Below the pieces are notes generated by a model. The model was not told where the DNA came from, searched no databases, and saw nothing but the letters and a program-made list of their open reading frames with translations. The position numbers and the translations under genes are program-made. Below, in pieces: positions 47,461-57,101 of a stretch of DNA of 64,000 nt (position 1 is the stretch's first letter; each line of letters begins with the position of its first letter). The DNA comes from a bacterium (lineage in GTDB: Bacteria > UBA8248), in NCBI GenBank assembly GCA_965207065.1, contig OZ242260.1:3968001-4032000 (forward strand), in the 5' to 3' direction.

Positions 47461-48648
47461 CTAGCGGACGACGTCCTCCCTCCTGAAAGCGGCTATTTCT
47501 TTTCCCGATAAGCCGAGTTCCCCCAGCACCTCATCGGAATGCTGGCCGAGCATGGGAGGCGGCCTCCGCACGGAAGAAGGCGTCTTGTCGAACTTCACGG
47601 GCACGCCCCCGAGCTGCAAGACCCCGTATTCGGGATGCTCCGCCTGCGCGAGATAGCCCATCGCCTTCATCTGGGGGTCTTCGTAGAGGTCGGTGGGCTT
47701 CCTGACGCGCGCGCAGGGCACACCCTCGCCCTCGAACTTGCGCACCCATTCCTCGCCCGGCGCAGTGCGCAAGACCTCCTGCACGAGGGGGATGATGGTT
47801 TCGCGCGCATCGTGCCTTCCGCGAAACGTCCGCCAGGCCTCTTCTTCGAGCAATTCGGGAAGGCCGAGAATATCTGAGGATTTCTCCCAGAAACCATCCA
47901 CGTCCATGTAGAGATAGATGTGCCCGTCGGAAACCTCGTAGACGCGGGCGATGCGATCGTTCAGGGCGTCTTCCACCTCGGAGACGGGTTCTGTGTCACT
48001 CGCCCATATGAGGCGGCCGAACTGCATGGCCGTCGCCCCGCCCAGAAGCGATGCGTCGATCCGCTGGCCCTCGCCGGTGCGCTCCCGGGCGTAGAGCGCC
48101 ATCATCACCGCGCCGTAGGCGAGCGCGCCCGTCATGTAGTCCACGAAAGAACCCTGCACGAGTTCCGGCGCGCCGCCCCCGCCCTGCTCGGCGGGAATGC
48201 CCGCCGTGGTCTGGATGATGGGATCGATGCCCCGGCGTTCTCGCAGAGGGCCTCCCTGCCCGTAGGCCGAGACCGAGAGATAGATGAGCCGGGGGTTTTC
48301 GCGCATCAGGGCGTCGGCGCCAAGTCCGAACTTCTCGATAGCGCCGGGACGGTAGCCCTCCACGAACACGTCCATCTGCGCGGCGAGCTTTTTGGCGATC
48401 TCCCGGCCCTGCTCCGTTCGCAGGTTGAGCGCGAGGCTCCTCTTGCTGCGGTTCAAGCCGAGAAACAGCCTGCTCTCCCCGGCGAAGGAAGAGGGGAAAT
48501 TCCGTACGCGGTCGCCCTCGGGCGGCTCGAGCTTCACCACGTCCGCGCCAGCGTCCCCCATCATCAGCGTGCAGAACGGACCCGCCACGTAATGCGTGAG
48601 GTCCAGCACCCGAATGCCTGCCAACCCGTCCATATCGTTCCTTGACAT
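47461..48648 (-). CDS. Class III CoA-transferase (CaiB/BaiF)
   Basis: RVLDL, AGP, GADVVKLEPP, NRSKRS, YRPG, D(YMTG), PPMLGQH. Confidence 0.92.
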   Translation of the reverse strand: MSRNDMDGLAGIRVLDLTHYVAGPFCTLMMGDAGADVVKLEPPEGDRVRNFPSSFAGESRLFLGLNRSKRSLALNLRTEQGREIAKKLAAQMDVFVEGYRPGAIEKFGLGADALMRENPRLIYLSVSAYGQGGPLRERRGIDPIIQTTAGIPAEQGGGGAPELVQGSFVDYMTGALAYGAVMMALYARERTGEGQRIDASLLGGATAMQFGRLIWASDTEPVSEVEDALNDRIARVYEVSDGHIYLYMDVDGFWEKSSDILGLPELLEEEAWRTFRGRHDARETIIPLVQEVLRTAPGEEWVRKFEGEGVPCARVRKPTDLYEDPQMKAMGYLAQAEHPEYGVLQLGGVPVKFDKTPSSVRRPPPMLGQHSDEVLGELGLSGKEIAAFRREDVVR

Positions 48649-48678
48649 TACTTGAAGTATATTTATTATACGATTGAT

Positions 48679-49095
48679 TTATATTTGTTTATTTACTTGT
48701 TCAATTTTCCTCATGAGTTTTTCGTTCTTACGCTCCCGAAGGACGATGAAGCGCTCGTTCGTCCCCCGGGCGACGAGTTCCACCTCGTCGTGAATCTCCA
48801 CCTCGAAGACGCAGCGCCTGCTCTCGCTCTCGACGAGCCTTGCGCGCGCCTCAACTCGCATCCCCTTGGGCGTTCCCGCCATGTGGGTGAGCGATACCTT
48901 CGTCCCCACACTCGTCTGATCGGGGCTTAAATGTTCTTCCAGCGCAGCCATGGCGGCCTTTTCCATGAAGCGCACCAACTCGGGCGTCGCCACCACCTCG
49001 GCGTTCGTGCCTCTCAGGTGTAAGGGCACGTGCTCATCCGCCACTATGACGGCATACGTCCCCGTAAGTCCCGGCCGGATCGCGTCGTGGTTCAT
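48679..49095 (-). CDS. Hot-dog thioesterase, fluoroacetyl-CoA thioesterase FlK-like
   Basis: VVATP...FMEKAA, SVGT...THMAGTP (Thr/Glu/His triad). Confidence 0.85.
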   Translation of the reverse strand: MNHDAIRPGLTGTYAVIVADEHVPLHLRGTNAEVVATPELVRFMEKAAMAALEEHLSPDQTSVGTKVSLTHMAGTPKGMRVEARARLVESESRRCVFEVEIHDEVELVARGTNERFIVLRERKNEKLMRKIEQVNKQI

Positions 49096-49126
49096 CTGGG
49101 TTCACCCGATGGCTTCGATACGGCGG

Positions 49127-50107
49127 CTAGCCGCCCATCGTGAGCACGATTTTTCCAAAGACTTTCCCGGTCATCAGCACGTCGTGGGAGCGCGCGGCTT
49201 CTGCGAGGGGCATCGTCTCCCCCACCGAGGCGCGCACCCGGCCATCGGCGAGCATCAGGTCCAGTTGTCGCACCATATCCGGGAACACGTGGTCGGTGTT
49301 GAACAGGCTCATTCCCCGCACGTCGATGTCTTTGGAGTAAAACGGCGGATAGTTCACCGAACCCACCGGGTTCTTGCCCGTGCCTGCGCCGAGCACGACG
49401 ATGCAGCCGTATTTCTTCACCGCCCGGCAGTCGGCGTCGAAATTCTCCACCGCCACCATCTCGACCACCGAGTCCACCCCGACCCCGCCTGTCTCGGCGA
49501 GGCAGCGCTCGGCGAAATCCTCCTCGCGGTAGTTGACGATCACGTCGGCGCCGAACTGACGGCAAAATTCTGCTTTTTCTTCCGAACTCACCGTCGTGAT
49601 AACGCGCGCCCCGGCAGCCTTTGCAATCTGGATCCCCATGCAGCCCACGCCGCCGGCGCCCGCGTGGATGAGCACCGTTTCGCCCGCCTTGAGCCCCGCC
49701 TTGTATATCAGCGCGTTATAGGCCGTGTACAAAACCACCGGCAAAGACGCCCCCTCCTCATAAGAGAGGTTGTCGGGCAGTTTCGCCGTGCGGAGGGGAT
49801 TCAGGATCGCCTTTTCGGCGTAAGAGCCGCTTGCCGCCGCGCCGAAGACCCTGTCGCCGGGGGAGAAGCCGCCCACGCCTTCGCCCACGGCGACCACGTC
49901 GCCCGCCGCGTCGACGCCCGGCGTCCAGGGCAGGGCCAGGCTCTTCGAGAGCGGATGCGCGCCCGAGCGGAAGGTGGTGTCCACGGGGTTCACGCCCGCC
50001 GCCTTCACGTCCACCAGTATCTGGCCCGCGCCAGGCGTCGGGTCCGCCGCATCTTCGAGCACCATCACCTCGGGGTCGCCGAATTCATGTACGTGTATCG
50101 CCTTCAT
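49127..50107 (-). CDS. MDR-family NADPH:quinone oxidoreductase, paralog 3
   Basis: AAGVNPVD, PGVDAAG, HAGAGGVG, GKIVL. Confidence 0.9.
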   Translation of the reverse strand: MKAIHVHEFGDPEVMVLEDAADPTPGAGQILVDVKAAGVNPVDTTFRSGAHPLSKSLALPWTPGVDAAGDVVAVGEGVGGFSPGDRVFGAAASGSYAEKAILNPLRTAKLPDNLSYEEGASLPVVLYTAYNALIYKAGLKAGETVLIHAGAGGVGCMGIQIAKAAGARVITTVSSEEKAEFCRQFGADVIVNYREEDFAERCLAETGGVGVDSVVEMVAVENFDADCRAVKKYGCIVVLGAGTGKNPVGSVNYPPFYSKDIDVRGMSLFNTDHVFPDMVRQLDLMLADGRVRASVGETMPLAEAARSHDVLMTGKVFGKIVLTMGG

Positions 50108-50256
50108 CTTCTTCTCCCATCGAATTGGGGCATCATGGAGTTTGAATTTCTCTTAATAGTTGGAGCAATAATTTCCGTCTGATTTCCTATTCCTTACCAC
50201 ACCTCAAGGGAAAATGCTCTCGCTTTCAAGGTCGTGTGCTCGGGTCGCCGCAAGCC

Positions 50257-50284
50257 TTGACACGAAATTTTCAGCGGAGATAAT
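50257..50284 (+). promoter_or_regulatory. Putative promoter TTGACA-N16-GATAAT upstream of TAXI-TRAP
   Basis: Near-consensus boxes about 180 nt upstream of the start. Confidence 0.45.
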
Positions 50285-50465
50285 GAGGCACTCATATTAG
50301 CGTAAGCAGAAGCGCGCCCTGTCCGTGCGAACGGCGGGGCGGAGAGCACGAGAAGACAGAAGACCAGAGTTCACGGGGAACTCTGAAAGGACATAATCGT
50401 TCATCTGGTGATGAGGCATCATCATCTACATTCGTGCATGTTTTCACCATGAAAAGGAGCCCGTA

Positions 50466-51458
50466 ATGAAGAAATTCGCATTCCTGGCAACAGTGGCGGC
50501 AGCCGTGGCGTTCACGTTCTGCGTAGCCGACGCCGCCGAGCGCTATCGCTTCGGCGGAGGCCCCTCCGGCGGCGCGTGGCATCCCTCCATCAGCGCGGGA
50601 ACCCAGCTTCTGAACAGAAAGGTCGGCAAGAAATTCTACTTCCAGTATTCCCCCTCGGCCGGTTCGGTGGCCAACGTCCGCCGCGTGAGCCTGGGCGAGT
50701 TCGCCACCTCCTGGGGACACGTCGGCCAGGTCTATCAGTCCTGGACGGGCACTGGCCTGTTCAAGAAAGACGGCGCCAACAAGAACTTCCGCATCGTCGC
50801 CAACGTCCGCGCGCAGTCGCAGATCATCGCCGTGCTGGCGGACAGCCCCATCAAGACCTACAAGGACATGGTCGGCAAGCGCGTGAACCTGCTCAAGCAG
50901 GGAACGGGCAGCCACGTGAACTGCAAGAACATCTTCGCCGCCGTCGGCATCCTCGACAAGATCCAGCCGCGCTACCTGGGCTTCTCCGCCTCGGGCCGCG
51001 CCCTGGGCGACCGCCAGATCGACGTGTACTGCTCCGCCGGCGCGCCCTTCACCATCCCGGCCCTCACCCGGCTCTCCATCCAGAAGCCGGTGCGCTACAT
51101 CAGCCTGAGCGAGGCCGAGCAGAAGAAGGTGACCGGCGACCACAAGTTCTACGTGCCGATCACCATTCCCGTCCAGAAGGAAGTCATCGGAATGAAGGCT
51201 CCGGCGCGCTCCATCGCCTACGACGTCTGGTGGATTGCGCACAAGCAGATGTCGAACGACGCCGTATACAACATGCTCAAGGTCATCGCTGCGCCCGAGA
51301 ATCTCAAGCAGCTGACCAAGACGGCGCGCTACTGGCGTGACCTGAGCGGCAACTTCAACGCGCTGAAGGTTCACAAGATCTTTGTGCACCCCGCAGCCGC
51401 TCGCTACTGGAAAGAACGCGGCGTGAAGGTGCCCGCCGAGGTCGTGAAAGGCTTCTGA
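50466..51458 (+). CDS. TAXI family TRAP transporter solute-binding subunit
   Basis: GGPSGGAWH, SAGSVAN, GTGS, VHPAAARYWKE. Confidence 0.88.
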   Translation: MKKFAFLATVAAAVAFTFCVADAAERYRFGGGPSGGAWHPSISAGTQLLNRKVGKKFYFQYSPSAGSVANVRRVSLGEFATSWGHVGQVYQSWTGTGLFKKDGANKNFRIVANVRAQSQIIAVLADSPIKTYKDMVGKRVNLLKQGTGSHVNCKNIFAAVGILDKIQPRYLGFSASGRALGDRQIDVYCSAGAPFTIPALTRLSIQKPVRYISLSEAEQKKVTGDHKFYVPITIPVQKEVIGMKAPARSIAYDVWWIAHKQMSNDAVYNMLKVIAAPENLKQLTKTARYWRDLSGNFNALKVHKIFVHPAAARYWKERGVKVPAEVVKGF

Positions 51459-51602
51459 TTCTCGAAGCGCGGATGAAAATCCCGCGTTAAGATCCCACCC
51501 GGGGAGGAGAAACCTGGAAAATCTTCTCCTCCCCGGGATTCTTTCGCTTCGCTATTTTTCTCGCATTTGACGGCCCGTTCGCCCGGGCCGAGGTAGGTCG
51601 CC

Positions 51603-54071
51603 ATGTTTCGAAACCTCTTGCCCATATTGATGAAGATCGGCCTCATATCGGACGAGATGGTCGTCCCGCGCGACCTGCGGGGTTATTCGCGCGTCATCGT
51701 CTCGATTATTTCCGTCGCGTTTTCCTACTTCTTCGTTCATATCTCATACTTCGGTCCCCCGCGTTCGGAAATCTTCAAGGGCGTCTACATTCTGGCGACC
51801 GCCAGCTTGTGCATCCTCGTCTACAAGGGCAGGCAAAGGCCCGTCCGCGAGGGATTCGCCTATCTCGATGAAATCTTCTCGTTCTTCGCCATCGTCGTCA
51901 TGTGCGCCACCCTGGCCCTGTGGGCGTATTGGGGCGCTTTCTTCGGCGACGTGCTCTGGACTGAGTTCATGGTCGGGGGAGCCTATCTGGTCGCCCTGCT
52001 CGGCGGTCTGTTCGGCGCGTTCCTCTACCGGTTTGAAGCCACCACGGAACGCGTATCGGAACTCCCCACGCTCTCGGACTGGCTGTTCATCGTATCGGCC
52101 GTCGCCCCCATCATCTGGTGGAACATCTACAACATCGAACTCACCACGCGCATCGGCGGCCCCGTACCCACCTCGGTGGTCATATACACGCTGATGCTCG
52201 CGGCGGTGAGCTTCGACATCGCAAGGCGCGTCATCGGCCCCGTCATACCGTTCATCGGCTTCTTCTTCCTGATCTACAGCTTCAAGCCCATCGCGCAGAT
52301 ATCGCCGGGGCTTCTCTACCACGACGGCTTCGGGCTCGACCGCGTGACCGAGTTCCTGATGCTCGAGGCCGACGGCATCACCGGCCTGATCGTCGAGGTC
52401 TTCGCCACCTACATCGTCATCTTCGTCGTCCTGGGCGCCTTTCTGGAAAAGACGGGGCTGGGCGAATTCCTCATCGACGCCACCTACCGGGTGACGGGCC
52501 AGAAAACGGGCGGACCCGGCCTCACGGCCGTCATGTCGAGCGGGCTTTTCGGCATGATCTCTGGCAGCGGCGTCGCCAACGTGGTGACGACGGGCACGTT
52601 CACCATCCCCCTCATGAAGCGGGTGGGCTACCGCCCCGAGTTCGCAGGCGCGGTGGAGGCGGCCGCCTCGACAGGAGGGGCCTACATGCCGCCCATCATG
52701 GCGGGCGGGGCCTTTCTCGTCGCGCAACTCACCGAAACGTCGTATTTCGACATCGTCAAGATAGCGACGCTCCCGGCCATTCTCTACTACCTCTCGGTGG
52801 GCTACATGGTCTTCATCCGCGCCGTGCGGCGCGGGCTCCACGGCGTCGACCCCTCGGAGTTGCCCCCCTGGAGCAGAATCATCCCGCGCCTCCACTTCCT
52901 GCTGCCTATCCCCGTGATGGTGTACTACCTCGTCATCGGCGATTCCGCGTTCCTGGCGGCCTTCAAGACCATCTGCCTCATCGTCATGCTCAAATCCTGC
53001 GAACTGCTCTCGAACATCAAGGCGCCCACCGCAAACCGGACGGCACGCCCGTTCCTGGCCGTCTCTATCACATTCGGGGTCTTCTCCTATTACTTCGGCC
53101 TCACGGTCGGCGCGCCGTTCTCGTGGTTCGCGGACACGCTGCGCGGTATGAACTGGGGAGACGCCCTGTTCTGGACGGTAGCGGCGTTCATCGTCCTGAA
53201 ACTCGCCGAAATCATCATGGCCGCGACAAAGGGCGAATCCGCGGACCCGGAATATGAATCGGGCCCGATTCTCTTCAGGCGGCTCTGGGAACTCCTGGTG
53301 GATATCGTCAAGATCACCTGGATATCGCTCGAAGCGGGCGCGCGGAACACGCTCGTCATCGGCTGCATCGCCTGCGTGCTGGGCATCCTGCTATCCTGCG
53401 CGACGCAAAGTGACCTGTCGGGCCGCATCTCCATTCTATTGACCGAGTTCAGCTTCGGCCTTCTGCCGCTCACCATCATCTGGGTGATCATCGCGGGCTA
53501 CATCGTCGGCATGGGATTGCCCATCACGGCGAGCTACGTGGTGCTGGTCATATTCGGCGTCATCGCGCTCACCAACCTGGGCGTGCCGACCCTCCACGCG
53601 CACCTCATCTGCTTCTGGGTAGCCGTGGTGAGCGCCGTGACCCCGCCGGTCGCATTGGCGGCCTACGCGGCGAGCGCCATTGCAGTATCGGACCCCGTGA
53701 AAACAGGCTTCCAGGCGCTGAAGCTCGCCTCATGGCTGTTCATCATGCCGTTCCTGTTCGTCTACACCCCGCTTCTTCTCGACGGCACGAGGACCGAGGT
53801 GACCATCACCTTCATCGCATGCCTCATCGGCATCGTCGGCTGGACCGGTTGGATGGAGAACTTCATGACGCGGCACGCGAACGGCCTCGAGCGGGCGTTG
53901 ATGTTCATCGGCTCCGTATGCCTCCTCCTGCCCGTGGGGAATTTCGTGGTATTCATAACCCCGCTGGAAGGAGATTTGAGGTATATCTCCTACGCCGTAG
54001 GCATCATCGCCCTCGTAGCGGTGCTCGTCATGCAGCGCACGCGCGGCGGCGTGGATCCCGAACCCGCATAA
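51603..54071 (+). CDS. TRAP transporter fused 4TM/12TM permease (TAXI type)
   Basis: SGSGVANVVTTG, EAAASTGG, PPIM, GMGLPITASY, TPPVALAAYAA. Confidence 0.92.
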   Translation: MFRNLLPILMKIGLISDEMVVPRDLRGYSRVIVSIISVAFSYFFVHISYFGPPRSEIFKGVYILATASLCILVYKGRQRPVREGFAYLDEIFSFFAIVVMCATLALWAYWGAFFGDVLWTEFMVGGAYLVALLGGLFGAFLYRFEATTERVSELPTLSDWLFIVSAVAPIIWWNIYNIELTTRIGGPVPTSVVIYTLMLAAVSFDIARRVIGPVIPFIGFFFLIYSFKPIAQISPGLLYHDGFGLDRVTEFLMLEADGITGLIVEVFATYIVIFVVLGAFLEKTGLGEFLIDATYRVTGQKTGGPGLTAVMSSGLFGMISGSGVANVVTTGTFTIPLMKRVGYRPEFAGAVEAAASTGGAYMPPIMAGGAFLVAQLTETSYFDIVKIATLPAILYYLSVGYMVFIRAVRRGLHGVDPSELPPWSRIIPRLHFLLPIPVMVYYLVIGDSAFLAAFKTICLIVMLKSCELLSNIKAPTANRTARPFLAVSITFGVFSYYFGLTVGAPFSWFADTLRGMNWGDALFWTVAAFIVLKLAEIIMAATKGESADPEYESGPILFRRLWELLVDIVKITWISLEAGARNTLVIGCIACVLGILLSCATQSDLSGRISILLTEFSFGLLPLTIIWVIIAGYIVGMGLPITASYVVLVIFGVIALTNLGVPTLHAHLICFWVAVVSAVTPPVALAAYAASAIAVSDPVKTGFQALKLASWLFIMPFLFVYTPLLLDGTRTEVTITFIACLIGIVGWTGWMENFMTRHANGLERALMFIGSVCLLLPVGNFVVFITPLEGDLRYISYAVGIIALVAVLVMQRTRGGVDPEPA

Positions 54072-54099
54072 CTCACACAAGTACCGAGAAGGAGGCATC

Positions 54100-54732
54100 A
54101 TGAGCAAAACTCCTCCCGCTCTCAGGCGCATCCAGCACGTGGGACTCAAGGTCCACGACCTCGACGAGGCGGTGGCTTTCTACAGCGACGTCATGGGGCT
54201 AAGAGTCTCGGACCGCTACGAGCCGGGCGACAACCCCCACAGCCCGTGGGGGATATGCTTCATGCGCTGCGGCGAGGGACACCACGAGGTATCCCTCATC
54301 GCATATCCCAAGGAAGCCGGCTTGACACCCAAAGAGGGCGGCATGCGGAAACCCGAAGTCGGCCTCCACCACGTGGCCTTCGAGGTGGGCTCCAAGGAAG
54401 AACTCGAAGCATGGGCGGCGCACATCCGCTCGAAGGGAATCAAGATCGCGGCGGGTCCCCTCGTCCACAGCCCCACGCACCCCGAAGGCGACGGCACCCT
54501 GGGCGAGAACCGCGCCTTCTACTTCCACGACCCGTGCGGAAACGGCATCGAGATTTTCTGCGACCTGGCCAGAATGGACTCAGGAACCAACCGCATCAAC
54601 GAGGCGTGGTTCCGCGACAGGCTCGAGCGCGACGGTTTATCGCGCGGCGACGCCGACCCGCCCTCCGCATGGCGGCCCGGCATTTCGAGCATGGCGGACG
54701 CGAAAGAGAGATTCGGCGGGCCATCTAGATAG
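54100..54732 (+). CDS. VOC/glyoxalase family protein (catechol dioxygenase-like half)
   Basis: HVGLKV, HHEV, GLHHVAF, YFHDPCGNGIE. Confidence 0.85.
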   Translation: MSKTPPALRRIQHVGLKVHDLDEAVAFYSDVMGLRVSDRYEPGDNPHSPWGICFMRCGEGHHEVSLIAYPKEAGLTPKEGGMRKPEVGLHHVAFEVGSKEELEAWAAHIRSKGIKIAAGPLVHSPTHPEGDGTLGENRAFYFHDPCGNGIEIFCDLARMDSGTNRINEAWFRDRLERDGLSRGDADPPSAWRPGISSMADAKERFGGPSR

Positions 54733-54761
54733 CGCGACGATAACGCGAGGACAGAAGAAAA

Positions 54762-56051
54762 ATGCCGCACATTGCAAGAATCTCTCGCTCCAAAACGACG
54801 ATTCTTGCCGCCTTAGCGTTGGCACTGATGGTACTATCCACTCATGGAACGTTGGACAATTTAGCCAAAAACTGGATCAAGGAAACCACCGAAGATTCTA
54901 TTAAGATATTTGCTTTATCAAAAAGCATAAATGCAGGGATTTCCGTATTACAAAGTTCACAAGTCAAAATACCCTTTGTTGTGTCAATCCAAGTAGGAGA
55001 GGCGCTTGACCCGATAAATGATGCCGTGGAGCGACTTTCATCCGCGATGGTTTGGGCAACGGGATCACTGTTTCTCCAGCAGATTGTTCTCGAAGTCGCT
55101 TCGAGTTCCATTTTCAAATTAATTTTTTTTGTAGTCGGCCTTTTAGCGATATCAGCCCTGTTGCTTGCCGCTAGGGAACGCATCCGCAATCAGTTTTGTG
55201 GAGTATTGAAAGTTTCCGAAGATACTTTTGCTCACTATCGCGACTTGCTTGTTCGGATATTGATTGTCACCACTTTCTTTCGTTTCATTGTTCCAGCGTT
55301 CGTCATCGTCAGTTTCCTTCTCAGCCAGATGTTTTTGTTGGATACGAAGATCGACACACTCCAGAAAAATCTATCCGATCAAAAGAAGAATTTGCCGCTG
55401 ATTACAGAACAAGTTTCGCGCAGTGCCAAAAAGGATACTTTTGATCCTCAGCGCCTTAAGGAAGAAAAGCCGCGTTTGGAGAACGAGTTAGCTAGGCTCA
55501 ATAAATCTCTATCATCAAACCAACAAGAAGCGGAAAAACTGGACAAGGAAATCGACCAACTCAATGAGAAAGTCGGTTGGGGCCAGTGGGCTTTAGGGTG
55601 GGTTCCAGAATTTTTCGGCGGTGCGCCTCCCCAAGGAGAACTGGTATCAGCAAGGGAAAAACGCGAGAAAATAAACCAACAGATGGCGAAAATTCAGAAA
55701 CGACTCCATGCCATCAATGATGAACTCGAATGCTTCAACCGACGCCTCGCCGGGGAGAGCTGCGATTCTTTACTAAGCAAGTTATCTAATCTACCTAGTG
55801 CTATTCTTCCTGATGGAATCAAGACATTTTTCACAGATATTACGGAACTCCCCGATAAGGCCAACGAAATGGTGAAAAATATAACAAAACTCTTAGCCGC
55901 TATTGTTATCAAGAACATTCTGCTCCCGCTCATCTTCTTGGCGATTGCCTTAAAGTGCAGCCGGCCTATTGCAAGATATTCGATGAGATTGGTATCCGGC
56001 TTGAGGCGAGACGCGAAAGAGTTGCAAGGTTATATCGAACGAGGGGATTGA
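54762..56051 (+). CDS. Hypothetical membrane protein with a long coiled coil; visibly lower GC than the flanks
   Basis: 429-aa ORF, several TM segments, AT-rich codons. Confidence 0.75.
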   Translation: MPHIARISRSKTTILAALALALMVLSTHGTLDNLAKNWIKETTEDSIKIFALSKSINAGISVLQSSQVKIPFVVSIQVGEALDPINDAVERLSSAMVWATGSLFLQQIVLEVASSSIFKLIFFVVGLLAISALLLAARERIRNQFCGVLKVSEDTFAHYRDLLVRILIVTTFFRFIVPAFVIVSFLLSQMFLLDTKIDTLQKNLSDQKKNLPLITEQVSRSAKKDTFDPQRLKEEKPRLENELARLNKSLSSNQQEAEKLDKEIDQLNEKVGWGQWALGWVPEFFGGAPPQGELVSAREKREKINQQMAKIQKRLHAINDELECFNRRLAGESCDSLLSKLSNLPSAILPDGIKTFFTDITELPDKANEMVKNITKLLAAIVIKNILLPLIFLAIALKCSRPIARYSMRLVSGLRRDAKELQGYIERGD

Positions 56052-56121
56052 TTAGTTTCGCGAAACAAATTCGGATTCCTGTTTCAGCGGTAGCATCGAC
56101 ACAATGGAGGGAAAAATTACA

Positions 56122-57078
56122 ATGACACACCGCGTCCTGAGCGTGGATGAACGCACAAAAACGCAGCCCGCCCGCAGGGCATTCATGGAGGAATACCTGC
56201 ACGCGGGCTATGCGTTCGTGGAACCCGAATCCTTCGACGACGCCGCTCTGATCGAGGCGGCGGCGGGCGCGTGCGCGCTCACTACCGGGTTCGCCCCCAT
56301 CACGCGGGAGATGATGGAGGCGGGGTCTGGCATCAAGGTAGTCGGCAAGGTGGGCACCGGCGTGGACAACATCGACGTGGCGGCGGCCACCGAACTCGGC
56401 ATCCCCGTCGCCAACGCGCCCGGCTGGATGCGCTGCATCCCCGTGGCGGAACACGCGATGGCGCTCACCCTCATCATGGCGCGAAGGCCCTGGCTCTGGC
56501 CGGTCGGTGAGCGCAAGCTCCACGTTCAGCTTCAAGGCGCTGTGCTGGGTATCGTGGGCCTCGGGAACATCGGGGGGGCCCTCGCCAAGCGCGCCGCCGC
56601 CTTCGAGATGGAGATATGCGCCTACACGCGCACGCGGGGGAAATTCAGGCCCGATGGCTTCGAGGTGGAAGAGGTGGAGACGCTGCACGAGTTGCTTGTG
56701 CGCGCAGACTTCGTGGCGCTCACCCTGCCCCTGACGCCCGAGAACACGGGTATGATCGGCGCGCGTGAGCTCGAACTCATGAAAGAGACTGCGTTTCTCG
56801 TCAACGTCTCGCGCGGTCCCCACGTGGATACCGACGCGCTCGCCGACGCGGTCCGCGAAGGAAAAATCGCGGGCGCGGGCCTGGACGTGGTCGAGCCGGA
56901 CCCCCTGCCCGAAGACCATCCGCTCCACGGGTTTCCCAACGTCGTGATGTCGCCCCACAACGCCGCCCAGACCGAAAGCGTCCAGCGTGAGAGCTACAAG
57001 CTTTTGTGCGATAATATCAAGCGGGCGGTGGAGGGAGAGAAAGTCACCTCGCTCGCCAATCCGGAAATCTACGAGTAA
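56122..57078 (+). CDS. D-isomer-specific 2-hydroxyacid dehydrogenase
   Basis: GVDNID, VAEH, GLGNIG, NVSRG, GLDVVEPDP, SPHNA. Confidence 0.9.
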   Translation: MTHRVLSVDERTKTQPARRAFMEEYLHAGYAFVEPESFDDAALIEAAAGACALTTGFAPITREMMEAGSGIKVVGKVGTGVDNIDVAAATELGIPVANAPGWMRCIPVAEHAMALTLIMARRPWLWPVGERKLHVQLQGAVLGIVGLGNIGGALAKRAAAFEMEICAYTRTRGKFRPDGFEVEEVETLHELLVRADFVALTLPLTPENTGMIGARELELMKETAFLVNVSRGPHVDTDALADAVREGKIAGAGLDVVEPDPLPEDHPLHGFPNVVMSPHNAAQTESVQRESYKLLCDNIKRAVEGEKVTSLANPEIYE

Positions 57079-57101
57079 ACGCGCCGCAAAGGAGATTCAC
57101 G

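Noticed and set aside
50285-50465. Glycine riboswitch in the TAXI leader
   Set aside because: It has GGAGAG and AACTCT fragments and several hairpins but lacks the CCGAAG and CUCAGG core elements.
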